Assembly: GCF_016789985.1 (NCBI RefSeq) | Contig: NZ_JAEUOL010000054.1 | Span: 1-55,406, forward strand | Source: Accumulibacter sp. | GTDB lineage: Bacteria > Pseudomonadota > Gammaproteobacteria > Burkholderiales > Rhodocyclaceae | Direction of reading: 5' to 3' | Length of the DNA stretch: 55,406 nt | Shown here: positions 1 through 9,792 of the stretch, in pieces | Layout: each line of letters begins with the position of its first letter | How positions within the stretch are numbered: the stretch's first letter is position 1 | Notes under the pieces: generated by a model | Seen by the model: the letters and a program-made list of their open reading frames with translations, nothing else | Told to the model about the DNA's origin: nothing | The model's database searches: none | Program-made: the position numbers and the translations under genes

Positions 1-180
1 CCCAGCCACAACCCACCAGCGGCCAGCGCCGCACACTGATTCGCCGCTGAACACCTGGGGTCGGGCCCAGCGGCTGTTCAAACAATGCTGCTTGTCGGCA
101 GGCATGGTCACGTCACTTCAGCGATGGGCTTTCACGGTAAATCGGGTAGGCTGAGCGGTCTTTCCGGATACCCCTACACG

Positions 181-1515
181 ATGCTCGCTCAACAGTCCCG
201 CCTGATTCTCGCGCACGCAACGCCGATGCTGCTCGCCCAACTGAGCTCGATGGGCATGATGGTCATCGACACCGCCCTGCTCGGCCACTACGGAACCGAC
301 GACCTGGCGGCGGTGGCGATCGGCGGCGGCATCTACATCTCGGTGGTCTTTGCCCTGGCCGGCATTCTGCAGGCGGTTGCGCCGACCGTCGCCCACCTGC
401 GCGGCGCCGGCCGCGACCGGGAAATCGCCGCGGTCTTGCAACAGGCACTATGGCTGGCTCTGCTGCTCGCCGGACCGGGCATGCTCCTGCTCCTCCACCC
501 CGCGCCTCTGCTCGCCCTGTCGCGCATCGATCCGCTGGTCGAGAGCAAGACCCGCGCCTATCTCGCGCTGCTGGCGCTGGGCATGCCGACGATTCTGCTC
601 TACCGGACCTTCCATGCCTTCTGCAACGCACTCGGACAACCGCGCCCGCTGCTGCTGATCAGCCTCGGCAACACCCTGCTGCACGGCCTGCTGGCCTCTC
701 TGCTGGTAACCGGCGCCTGGGGTGGTGAAGCACTCGGCGTGCTCGGCTGCGGGATATCGAACGTGACAGTCAGTTGCTTCTCGCTGCTCGCCGCGACAGC
801 CCACCTGCGCCGCTCGCCGGTGCTGCGACCCTACCGTCTGTTCGCCGCCTGGCAACTGCCGCGGTGCAAGCCGCTGGGCCAGTTGTTGCGCCTCGGCCTG
901 CCGATGGGTTTCTCGCATTTCGTCGAGATTTCCTCGTTCACGCTGATGGCGCTCTTCGTCGCCCAACTCGGTGCGACGACGGTTGCCGGCCACCGCATCG
1001 TCGCCAATCTGGCTGCCATCTGCTACATGCTGCCGCTGGCGCTGGGCATCGCCACCCTCTCTCAGGTCGGTCAAGCCGCCGGCGCACGCGACTGGCCGCG
1101 TGCCGAACATTCGATCAGCGCCGGACTGCTCCTGGCCGGCGGCCTGTCGGCACTGCTCGGCCTGTTGTTGTGGCTGAGCGCGGCGCCGCTCACCGCCGCT
1201 TACACCGACGATCCGGCAGTGCAGGTGGTGGCCCTCGGCCTGCTCGGCTACGTTGCCTTTTATCAACTGTTCGATGCCGTACAGACGATTGCCGCACACG
1301 CCTTGCGCGGCTACCGCATCACCCTCGCGCCGATGCTGGTACACATCGCCTGTTTCTGGGGAGTGGGACTGCTCGGAGGCTGGTGGCTAGCCTTCAAGGC
1401 TGCGCAGCCGATGGGCGCTTCCGGCTTCTGGCTGGCCTCGCTGCTCAGCCTGGTACTGGCAGCGGTGCTGCTCGCCGCGCTGCTCAAGCGTGCCATGCGG
1501 GCAGTGCGGCAGTAG
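181..1515 (+). CDS. MATE family efflux transporter (NorM/MdtK-like)
   Basis: Hydrophobic multi-TM ORF with MATE-type segments (IDTALLGHYGTDDLAAVAIG; LLRLGLPMG; QLFDAVQTIAAHALRG). Start taken at ATG 181; the ORF is open from 85. Confidence 0.9.
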   Translation: MLAQQSRLILAHATPMLLAQLSSMGMMVIDTALLGHYGTDDLAAVAIGGGIYISVVFALAGILQAVAPTVAHLRGAGRDREIAAVLQQALWLALLLAGPGMLLLLHPAPLLALSRIDPLVESKTRAYLALLALGMPTILLYRTFHAFCNALGQPRPLLLISLGNTLLHGLLASLLVTGAWGGEALGVLGCGISNVTVSCFSLLAATAHLRRSPVLRPYRLFAAWQLPRCKPLGQLLRLGLPMGFSHFVEISSFTLMALFVAQLGATTVAGHRIVANLAAICYMLPLALGIATLSQVGQAAGARDWPRAEHSISAGLLLAGGLSALLGLLLWLSAAPLTAAYTDDPAVQVVALGLLGYVAFYQLFDAVQTIAAHALRGYRITLAPMLVHIACFWGVGLLGGWWLAFKAAQPMGASGFWLASLLSLVLAAVLLAALLKRAMRAVRQ

Positions 1516-1556
1516 CCGAACGTTCCGTGGCGGGCGCTGCGCTCGCTCGGTACCCG

Positions 1557-2231
1557 GTGAGCCAGCGGGCCGCCCGGGAGGCAAAGACACCGCAAGCATT
1601 GGTGGTCGATGATGACCGGGTGATGCACCTGCTGGAATAGGAAACTCTGAGCCGGTTCAACTTCACCGTGCGCACAGCAATGGGTGGCGAAGAAGCGTTC
1701 GAATTGCTCGCCGGGTTCGTCCCCGGACCGGTGTTGCTCGATGTCGGCGCGACGATCATCGATCAGACCGGAATTCGAGCCCACCAGCTCGAGCTGGAGC
1801 TGGAGCTGGAGCTGACTACAGGCATCCTGATGGAGCAAGATGCGGGTATATCGGAAACTGTCGCGCTCCTACGTCGAATGCTTCCCGATCACCTGCTGAA
1901 GCTCGACCAGAGACTGGCCCGAGGCCTGCCCGGCAGCGCCGCTGATGGCGCCATCACAGCCGCGATCATTACGATGGACCGTAGCTTCAATCTTGAAGTG
2001 ATTGCCGAAGGAGCGGAAAATCCGGCGCAAGCCGATTACCTGCGACGGGCCAAGTGTGACAAACTGCAGGGGTATCTGTTCAGTCGTCCGCTGCCCGCCG
2101 AAAACATCGGGCCCCTGCTGCGCCAGGATCACATCGTCCTGCCGGCACGAGCACCCGTCAACCAGATACTGCCGTATGGGAATGTGCTGCAGCGAAGAAC
2201 CAACACGAAGCAGGAGGAACAACGCCAATGA
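1557..2231 (+). pseudogene. Decayed response-regulator/EAL phosphodiesterase remnant
   Basis: One frame reads REC-like ALVVDDD..., an in-frame TAG at 1638-1640, then ETLSRFNFTVRTAMGGEEA...VLLDV. It then jumps to EAL C-terminal motifs (LELELT, LKLD, VIAEGAE, CDKLQGYLFSRP) with no EAL motif and no DDFGTG loop. Confidence 0.7.
1791..1814 (+). repeat. (GAGCTG)x4 tandem hexamer
   Basis: Four perfect GAGCTG copies encoding ELELELEL inside the EAL remnant. Confidence 0.9.
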
Positions 2232-3313
2232 GGTATCGCCACAGTGTCGCGCAGAGCGCCGAATATCTGCGCCTTGCCGTGAAGCGCATGACCCAGCAGG
2301 AAGCCGGCCTGCACCCGGCAAGCTATGCGCTGTGGTACGAATACGTGGCGGGGCTCAACCCGAATCTGCAGAGCGAGATCGATGCCCTGCTCAGCACCAA
2401 TGCGCGACTCGACGATGAAACCACTTACGCGCTTTACTCCCGGTACGTCTCCGAATTCGACTCCAACACCGCCTTGCGCATCGGCGACAGCGTCGGCCAT
2501 CTGGTCGAACAGGTGGCCGAGTCGGCAGCACTGGCGGGCGACCAGGCATCGCGTTTCGGCAGTTCGCTTGAAAACTGGGCAGCGGCAGTACTGCGCCCCG
2601 CTGCGACCAGCGAACCCCCGGCCAACAACGGTGTGGCGGACATTCTGCGCGGCACCCGGCAGATGCAGGAAGCGATCAGTACCTTGCAGGCGCGCCTCGA
2701 GGACAGCGCTCGTGAAACACAGCAACTGCGGCTCGAAGTGGCGCGCGCCCGCGAGGAAGCACTGATCGACGCACTGACCGGACTGAGCAACCGCAAGGGC
2801 TTCGATCTGGCACTGGCGGCCTGTCTGGCGCACGTCAGACCCGAAACGCCCGGGCCTTGCCTGCTGATGATCGACCTGGACCATTTCAAGCGGCTCAACG
2901 ACTCGCTGGGACACGTTTTCGGCGACCGGGTGCTGGCCAACCTCGGCCAAGTGCTGCGCGCCAATGTCAAGGGCAAGGACACCGCTGCACGCTACGGCGG
3001 CGAAGAGTTCGCGGTGATCCTGCCGGAAACGCCGCGGGGCGGGGCGGTTGGCCTGGCCGAAGCGCTGCGGGCAAGGGTTGCCGCCAGCCGCATCAAACGC
3101 AGCGGTGACAAGGAAGCACTGATCGGCAACATCACGGTTTCGATCGGAGTCGCCGACTACATCGCCGAGGAGTCGGCCACCGATCTGGTCAGCCGCGCCG
3201 ACCGTGCGCTCTATGCCGCCAAGATGCAGGGGCGCAATCGAGTCGTCCTGGCCCAGCGTCCAACGGCCGAGTCCCGCGTGAGAGACCAGACGGACCTGCA
3301 ACGTGGCGTCTGA
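2228..3313 (+). CDS. GGDEF diguanylate cyclase with helical N-terminal region
   Basis: DALTGLSNR, DLDHFKRLNDSLGHVFGD, RYGGEEF, ADRALYAAK. The I-site position reads KGKD rather than RxxD. Start overlaps the upstream stop (ATGA). Confidence 0.93.
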   Translation: MRYRHSVAQSAEYLRLAVKRMTQQEAGLHPASYALWYEYVAGLNPNLQSEIDALLSTNARLDDETTYALYSRYVSEFDSNTALRIGDSVGHLVEQVAESAALAGDQASRFGSSLENWAAAVLRPAATSEPPANNGVADILRGTRQMQEAISTLQARLEDSARETQQLRLEVARAREEALIDALTGLSNRKGFDLALAACLAHVRPETPGPCLLMIDLDHFKRLNDSLGHVFGDRVLANLGQVLRANVKGKDTAARYGGEEFAVILPETPRGGAVGLAEALRARVAASRIKRSGDKEALIGNITVSIGVADYIAEESATDLVSRADRALYAAKMQGRNRVVLAQRPTAESRVRDQTDLQRGV

Positions 3314-4748
3314 AACCGAGCAGAGCGACCGGACGGTCGGATGCTTCATGATCCCGATGTCGGGATTGATGTCGCTGCTGATGCCACCCGATGCGAAGCT
3401 CGGATTCGCCATCAAGGGACTGGATGGACGGTATCGACTGGCCAATCGGGTCATGGAAGAGCTGCTCTGCCAGGACGGCGAACATCTGGCCGGGAAATCC
3501 GAGCAGGAAATCCTTCCACCACCCGCCTGTCGATTGCTCGAACAATGCGATCAGCGCATCGTTGCCGGAGAGCCCTCGGCGGCAGTCGAAATGGAGCTCA
3601 CGGTCGCTGGCCAGCTCAGCCACTGCCTGTGGCTGAGGCTGCCTATCCTCGGCCCCAAGCGGGAACTGCAGGCGATTGCCTCCCTGCTCCAGGAAGCGGC
3701 TTCCCCGCAGCAGGGTTTCGTGGCAGCGCAGGAGGAACTCGCAAGTTTGCAGGAAGCCAACCGACAACTGCAACAGACGGTGGCCGAACTGGAACAGGTG
3801 GCCAGCACCGACAAGCTCACCGGCGTCTGGAACCGGCGGCACATGGAAGAGAGTCTCCACCAGGAGATGGAGCGTCAGAGGAGGTACCGGCACCCGCTGA
3901 GCCTGCTCATCCTGGACATCGACTTCTTCAAGCAGATCAACGATCAACACGGTCACGCAGTAGGTGATTGCGTCCTTCGCCGGCTCGCGGAAGTGCTTCA
4001 GGGACAGTTGCGCAGCGTCGATTCGCTGTGCCGCTGGGGAGGCGAAGAGTTCATCGTGCTGTGCCCGAGCAGCGGACGTTCAACCGCCGCACAGCTTGCC
4101 GAACGCTTGCGCCGGAAAGTTGCCGAGACGAATTTCCCCTCCGTGGGACGCGTCACGACCAGCATCGGGGTCGCCGAATGCCAACTAGGAGAAAGCTGGG
4201 AGGAATGGTTTGCGCGCACCGACATGGCACTCTACCAGGCCAAGTCCGGCGGCCGGAATGCGGTTCAGGTGGCTCCGGAAACACGGCGTCCTGACGGTGC
4301 CGACGATGACCCTTCCAGCAGCCTCGTACACCTCGTCTGGCATCCGGCCTACGAGTCCGGCAATGACCTGATTGATCGCGGTCACCAGCAACTTTTCGCC
4401 GACGCCAACGAACTACTCTCGGCAATGCTCGCGGAGCGTCCCATGGAGCAGGTCAACGTAATCGTTGATCGCCTGTTCACCGACATATTGCAACATTTTC
4501 GCGACGAGGAAGCGGCCATCGAAGCTGCCGGCTTCCCGGCCGCCACGCAACACGCCAGCCTGCATCGAAATCTGGTCGGCCAGGCCGGAAAACTGGTAGA
4601 AGAGTACCGCAACGGCAGGCAGGGAGTCGGCGACGTCTTCCAGTTCCTCGCTTATGACGTGGTAACCAAACACATGCTGGGAGCAGACAGGCTGTTTTTC
4701 GACCACCTGGCAGCGCAACCCGTACCGTTTGGCCCGGTGGACGAATAG
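3303..4748 (+). CDS. PAS-like/GGDEF/hemerythrin diguanylate cyclase
   Basis: DKLTGVWNR and RSVD...RWGGEEF. C-terminal hemerythrin ligands H (DRGHQ), HFRDEE, HASLH, HMLGAD. Exact start uncertain (3303-3357). Confidence 0.9.
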   Translation: MASETEQSDRTVGCFMIPMSGLMSLLMPPDAKLGFAIKGLDGRYRLANRVMEELLCQDGEHLAGKSEQEILPPPACRLLEQCDQRIVAGEPSAAVEMELTVAGQLSHCLWLRLPILGPKRELQAIASLLQEAASPQQGFVAAQEELASLQEANRQLQQTVAELEQVASTDKLTGVWNRRHMEESLHQEMERQRRYRHPLSLLILDIDFFKQINDQHGHAVGDCVLRRLAEVLQGQLRSVDSLCRWGGEEFIVLCPSSGRSTAAQLAERLRRKVAETNFPSVGRVTTSIGVAECQLGESWEEWFARTDMALYQAKSGGRNAVQVAPETRRPDGADDDPSSSLVHLVWHPAYESGNDLIDRGHQQLFADANELLSAMLAERPMEQVNVIVDRLFTDILQHFRDEEAAIEAAGFPAATQHASLHRNLVGQAGKLVEEYRNGRQGVGDVFQFLAYDVVTKHMLGADRLFFDHLAAQPVPFGPVDE

Positions 4749-4834
4749 CCTTCGCACGCCACCCGCCGGGCTCCGTGGAAAACAGTCGGATAGCCTCCGG
4801 CGGTCGGCAGTGATTCGACGGCCGGCGGTGACGG

Positions 4835-5152
4835 CTACTTGCCGACTGCCGCCTTGGCCTTGTCGGCGGCCTCTTTGGTGGCATCGGCGGCCTCTTTGGT
4901 GGCATCGGCTGCCTCCTTGGTGGCATCAGCAGCCTTGACGACCATCTCCTTGCCGACCTCCTTGGTGGCATCAACCGCTGCACCGGCCGCAGTTTCGGCT
5001 TTCTTGGCAGCTTCTTCGGCTTTCTGCGCCGCTTCCTTGGCGACTTTGGCGGCCTCGGCCTTGGCTGCCTCGGCTTTCTTGGCGGCATCGTCGCCGCAGG
5101 CGGAAACGGTCAAGGCAAGCAAGGCAGAAATGGCGAGCAGACGGATTTTCAT
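4835..5152 (-). CDS. Small Ala/Lys-rich lipoprotein with ATKEAAD repeats
   Basis: Signal peptide with lipobox VSA-C, AGGAG ribosome-binding site upstream, low-complexity amphipathic repeats. Confidence 0.85.
   Translation of the reverse strand: MKIRLLAISALLALTVSACGDDAAKKAEAAKAEAAKVAKEAAQKAEEAAKKAETAAGAAVDATKEVGKEMVVKAADATKEAADATKEAADATKEAADKAKAAVGK
4863..4925 (-). repeat. 21-bp tandem repeat x3 (coding, ATKEAAD)
   Basis: tcggcggcctctttggtggca occurs twice perfectly plus one variant copy. Confidence 0.85.
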
Positions 5153-5420
5153 GACTCTTTGACTCCTGTGGTTGATGGTACGTGCTCTGACGAGGACGAG
5201 ATTCCACCAAGCTCAGCGCTGCACCCGATCCCTTGTCACACACGCAGGGCGACGGCGTTCTTCCTGGTGGATTGGTGCTATCACAACACAATCGTCAACG
5301 CGAGTAAACTTGCTCGCTGGCACTGACGCACGCAGATACGCGATCCATCCGCCAGGCCACGCCGCAAGCCCGCTGACACGGATGACGGCGACAGCCTTCG
5401 ACAAGACCGAAAGGGTCACC

Positions 5421-6341
5421 ATGAATCCTGCCCAGCATGGCCTGGATGTTATGCTCTGTGAGGTGCTGGGCGCGACGATCAGCGGCGGCACGGCTTCTTC
5501 GCCAATCGGCATCGACGCGATCAGCGACATCGGCGGCGGCTCGATCTCGCGCACCCTGCTGGTCGAGAGCGCCCGGCGGCGCTTTTTCGTCAAACTCAAT
5601 GACGCCAGGCTGGCCGGAATGTTCGCGGCTGAAGCCGACGGCCTGAGTGCCTTGGCCAGATGTCCCGCCGTGCGCGTACCACGCGTCGTCGGATACGGCA
5701 CCAGTGGCCGGCAAGCCTATCTGGTGCTTGAATACCTGCCGCTGCAAGCCTTGCGTGCGCCCGGCCAGGGGGCTACAGCGGGGCAGGCGCTGGCCGCGCT
5801 GCACCGCATCCAGGGATCCGAATTCGGTTGGCCACGCGACAACTTCATCGGCAGCACGGCGCAGTCCAACATCCCGCATCGGACCTGGCCTTTCTTCTTC
5901 GCACGCCGCCGCCTGTTACCACAACTTGAACTGGCAAAAAGAGCCAGCCAGCACAGTCAGTTGATCAGCAGCGGCGAGCGCCTGGCCGAAAAACTCGCCG
6001 CGCTGTTCGTAGACCATCAGCCGGCGCCCAGCCTGCTGCATGGCGACCTCTGGTACGGCAACGCCGCGGTCGACGAGTCCGGACAGCTCGCACTGTTCGA
6101 TCCGGCAGTTTACTTTGGCGATCGCGAGGCCGATCTGGCAATGACCGAGCTGTTCGGAGGTTTTCCCGACAGCTTCTATGCAGCCTATCGTGCAGCCTGG
6201 CCGCTGGCCGATGGTTTCGAACAGCGCAAGACGCTATACAATCTCTACCATGTGCTCAATCATCTCAACCTGTTCGGCAACGCTTACCTGAACCAGGCCG
6301 AGCGGATGATCAACAGGCTGCTTGCCGAAATCGGCCGCTGA
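5421..6341 (+). CDS. Fructosamine kinase family protein
   Basis: GGGSI, FFVK, FGWPRDNFIG, LLHGDLWYGN, FDPAVYFGDREADLAMTELFGGF, LYNLYHVLNHLNLFG. Confidence 0.93.
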   Translation: MNPAQHGLDVMLCEVLGATISGGTASSPIGIDAISDIGGGSISRTLLVESARRRFFVKLNDARLAGMFAAEADGLSALARCPAVRVPRVVGYGTSGRQAYLVLEYLPLQALRAPGQGATAGQALAALHRIQGSEFGWPRDNFIGSTAQSNIPHRTWPFFFARRRLLPQLELAKRASQHSQLISSGERLAEKLAALFVDHQPAPSLLHGDLWYGNAAVDESGQLALFDPAVYFGDREADLAMTELFGGFPDSFYAAYRAAWPLADGFEQRKTLYNLYHVLNHLNLFGNAYLNQAERMINRLLAEIGR

Positions 6342-6391
6342 AACGTCGGCGGAATGTCCGCCCAGCCGGCAAACTCTTCCGGGAGGAGAAG

Positions 6392-8053
6392 ATGAACGTC
6401 ACCACCAAGGAGCGCGAACAGCGGGTGTGCCACTTCCGGCAGATCCTTCTCTGGCCTCTGCAATTGATGCCACTGCCGGAGGACTGCACGCTCCAGCATC
6501 ACTACCAGTTGCTGGTCCAGGAGACTGCCGACAACCCGTGGCGCGAACTGGCCGACGAATTCAGCGGCGACCCCGAGCAATTCCACGAGCGTCATTACAG
6601 CGAGTTCGTCACTTTCCTGCCCTACGTGCAACGCTTCCTGTACGGCGAGGGCGGCAGCGAGGAAGGCAACCCGCACTACGGTGAATCACCGATCCGCATC
6701 TTCCGCCGTCAGGATGTCGCCAAGGTGCGCATGACCTTCAAGGAAAGCAAGACTCCCCTGCTCTTCGACATCGTCCACCTCGATCTGTATTTCTTCTACG
6801 ACATCGACGTAGTCATCCTTGCCGTCGAGATCGCCGCCGACAACCTGGAGCTGAAGCAGGTCCAGGACACGCTCTACCGTTTCGGCCGTGCTTATCCGCC
6901 GTACTGGGACGAGGATGGCAGCGGCGGCCACTGCCTGAAGCTGGCCGAATGGCTTGCCCCGGACGGCAGGGTACTGGCGGCATCGGATTACGAGAAACGC
7001 AGCAAATATCTCTCCTTCGTCAGCCGCTTTCGCGCGCCCTGCATTGCCTCGCACTGGGAATTTCTGCTGCGGCCCCTGGTACTGCACCACTCGGATGCAG
7101 ATGGTCTGGTCCGTTACCGGCAGATCGAGTATCACCGCATGCCGCTGCTCGCCTACCTGGCCATGGATGATCCGCGCACGCTGAGCCGTGGCGATTTCGC
7201 CCGCCTGGTGCTGGTCAGCGGGCCGGGGAAAAGCGGCTCGCTGCCCTATTCCGATCAGCACCTCGAAGGCTTTGAAGCGCACTTCTGCTACGACCGTTAC
7301 TGGCACCCGGAAACGGAACAGCCGGGCACCCGGCTGCTCTCCTGCGGCCACGCCTTCGTCATGGTCGGCAGCGCCCGCGAGCCCTACTTCACCGGACTGG
7401 AGAATGGTCTGCTCGGGCAGTTTCGCCATCAGTTCTTCCTTCTCTCGCTCATCCCGCACTTCCACAAGGCGGCACTGCTGATGCTCTCCGATTGCCTGGT
7501 GACGGCGCTCAACCGGCTCGAGATCGGCAACGCCGAATCGGTCAAACGGTTCAAGCGAGCCATTCGCGAGATCCTCGAAGTCTTCCTGCGCTTCACCCAT
7601 CGCTACTGGTTCTACGAGATCTCGGACCAGGCACAGGCGAGGGCACTGTTCTCCATGACCCGCGAGCATCTTGGCACCGAGCGGGTGTACAACGAGCTGC
7701 GCGAGGAGATCCAGGACATGAGCCAATACCTCGACAGCGACAGCCTGCGCCGGCAGGCCAACACGGTGGTGCGGCTGACCGTGGTGACGACAGCCGGCCT
7801 GATTGCGACCATCAGCACCGGCTTTCTCGGCATGAACCTGATCGATGCCGCACAGGACCCGCTGTCCGACCGGCTCATCTTCTTCGCACTGGTCTTCGTG
7901 CTCTCGGCCCTGCTCACCGGCTTCGCCATCGTCAGATCGAAGCGTTTGTCGGACTTCCTCGAAGCGCTGTCCGACGAGCGCCTGTCGCAGCGCGAAAAGC
8001 TCGCCACCCTGGTCGCCGTCTGGCGGAAGAAGCTCCCGACGGGCTTGCGTTGA
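6392..8053 (+). CDS. Large CorA-like divalent cation transporter-related protein
   Basis: C-terminal LTVVT...TGFLGMNL (CorA GMN signature) with two TM helices, a long soluble N-terminal region, and a GGAGGAG RBS. Confidence 0.75.
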   Translation: MNVTTKEREQRVCHFRQILLWPLQLMPLPEDCTLQHHYQLLVQETADNPWRELADEFSGDPEQFHERHYSEFVTFLPYVQRFLYGEGGSEEGNPHYGESPIRIFRRQDVAKVRMTFKESKTPLLFDIVHLDLYFFYDIDVVILAVEIAADNLELKQVQDTLYRFGRAYPPYWDEDGSGGHCLKLAEWLAPDGRVLAASDYEKRSKYLSFVSRFRAPCIASHWEFLLRPLVLHHSDADGLVRYRQIEYHRMPLLAYLAMDDPRTLSRGDFARLVLVSGPGKSGSLPYSDQHLEGFEAHFCYDRYWHPETEQPGTRLLSCGHAFVMVGSAREPYFTGLENGLLGQFRHQFFLLSLIPHFHKAALLMLSDCLVTALNRLEIGNAESVKRFKRAIREILEVFLRFTHRYWFYEISDQAQARALFSMTREHLGTERVYNELREEIQDMSQYLDSDSLRRQANTVVRLTVVTTAGLIATISTGFLGMNLIDAAQDPLSDRLIFFALVFVLSALLTGFAIVRSKRLSDFLEALSDERLSQREKLATLVAVWRKKLPTGLR

Positions 8054-8109
8054 CGGCGGGGACTGTCCGGCGTGGCCGGGCCACCGACGCAGTTGAGGCG
8101 AGCGGACCG

Positions 8110-9792
8110 TCAGCCAGCCAGCATCGTCTCGAATTCGCGCAGGTAACTTTCCAGACTGCCGGGCGTTCCACAAACGAACAAGGTGTCTTCCGGCTGCACC
8201 ACAAATGAGTTGTCGAACTCGACGATGACGCGCTCGCCGCGCTCGACCGCGACCACCGCCGCGCCGGTCCGCTCGCGCACCCGATCACGCCACGGATGTC
8301 CCCACGCCAGCCCGCCGGCGGCCACGCGGATGAACTTGAGGCGATGCTCGACGGCCACTGCTTGTTCGCCGCGCAGATGATAGGCCAGGATCTGCCCGGC
8401 CACCTGACCCACCGAGAGGGCAAAATCGGCCCCGGCCTGGTACAGACGAGGAATGTTCTGGGCCCGATTGGCACGCACGATCAGCGGCACCTCGGGCGCA
8501 TGATCACGCACCACGGCGGTGGCGAACACGCCTTCGCTGTCGTTGCTCAGGGCCAGAACCACGGCGCTCGCCGAACGTACGCTGGCACGCTCCATGGTCT
8601 CATGCTCGAGCACGTTGCCAACGATGTCCACCTCGGGGAGGTCTTGCTGATCGATGACGATGGTCCTCTCGCCGCTATCCCTCAGCATCTCGACGAACTT
8701 CCTGCCAACCGCACCGTAGCCGGCGAGAATGATCGGTCCGCTGCGGCGGATCGGGATGGCCAAACGCTCCACCTTCGCCAGATTGGCGTGCGCTCCGGCA
8801 ACGACCAGAATGCCGCCGGCTTCGATTCGTGTATCCGGCCCGCCGGCGGTGGTGAAACGACCGCAAACCCATTGTCCGATCACCGTGACGCCATGCCGAA
8901 CCCGCAGACGCAGGTCACCGAGTCGCCGTCCGGCGAGTGGACTGCTGGCCCGGACCCGGAACTCGGCCAGTCCAACCAGACCGCCGAGCAGGTGCATGCC
9001 CTCGGCCGGCGGGCTGATCCGCTTGCTGGCACGCGCGGCGAGCGCCGCTGCCAGAACATGCGAGGGCGTAAACACTTCAGATGCGCCAACCTGCAGCATC
9101 GGAGGCCGGTACAGCGGATCATCCGCCAGCGCGAAGATCGGACCATTGAAGCCCTGTTCCCGGGCGATCAGGATACAGATCGCATTGGCGTGATCGTCGG
9201 CATTGGCAACCACGGCACGCGCTGCGTGGATGCCCGACAGTACGCCGGGCTCTTCGTCGAGCTTGCCGAACACCACATCGTAATCACGGTTGCGCAGATT
9301 GCGGGCCAGTTCCATGTCCTCCTCGAAAACGACGAAGGCCGTCTGGGTCCGCTGAAACTCGTCGAGCAGCGACTCGATCGCCGGACCGTAGCGATAGAAG
9401 AACACGCGTCCATTCATCGGAGGCAACAGGTGCGGCAGGCGCACCTCGAAGCGCTCCTCGATGTAGGGCATGACATAGAAAGGGAAGACGAGCACCAGAA
9501 AGAACATCCCGACGAACTGGGTCAGGATGACGAAGACAATCATCACTGGATGGCTCCACGGTGCGTAGGCGCCGTAGCCGGTGGTGGTCAGCGTTTCGGA
9601 AGCCCATTCCAGACTGGCCCAGAAACCGATCGGCTTGTCCTCGAAGTATTCTGAGGCCAGCATGAAAACCATGCCGAAGAGAACAACCGCCGCCGGCATG
9701 CTGACCAGAAGGCCAAGCAGGCGCCAGGTGGATCGCCGCAGACTTTGGGTCACTCTTCGCATCGCCGGAAACTCGCTAGCCGGATGGATCAT
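8110..9792 (-). CDS. Potassium channel with tandem RCK (TrkA-N/TrkA-C) domains
   Basis: Two TM helices around pore motif ETLTTTGYG, followed by two RCK units (second has LAGYGAVG). Start approximate. Confidence 0.88.
   Translation of the reverse strand: MIHPASEFPAMRRVTQSLRRSTWRLLGLLVSMPAAVVLFGMVFMLASEYFEDKPIGFWASLEWASETLTTTGYGAYAPWSHPVMIVFVILTQFVGMFFLVLVFPFYVMPYIEERFEVRLPHLLPPMNGRVFFYRYGPAIESLLDEFQRTQTAFVVFEEDMELARNLRNRDYDVVFGKLDEEPGVLSGIHAARAVVANADDHANAICILIAREQGFNGPIFALADDPLYRPPMLQVGASEVFTPSHVLAAALAARASKRISPPAEGMHLLGGLVGLAEFRVRASSPLAGRRLGDLRLRVRHGVTVIGQWVCGRFTTAGGPDTRIEAGGILVVAGAHANLAKVERLAIPIRRSGPIILAGYGAVGRKFVEMLRDSGERTIVIDQQDLPEVDIVGNVLEHETMERASVRSASAVVLALSNDSEGVFATAVVRDHAPEVPLIVRANRAQNIPRLYQAGADFALSVGQVAGQILAYHLRGEQAVAVEHRLKFIRVAAGGLAWGHPWRDRVRERTGAAVVAVERGERVIVEFDNSFVVQPEDTLFVCGTPGSLESYLREFETMLAG

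Noticed and set aside
2129-3454. 441-aa minus-strand ORF
   Set aside because: Antisense to the GGDEF gene, a common shadow frame.
6686-9654. Long antisense ORFs 6686-8173 (-) and 8296-9654 (+)
   Set aside because: Each overlaps a well-supported gene on the opposite strand and has no domain signatures.
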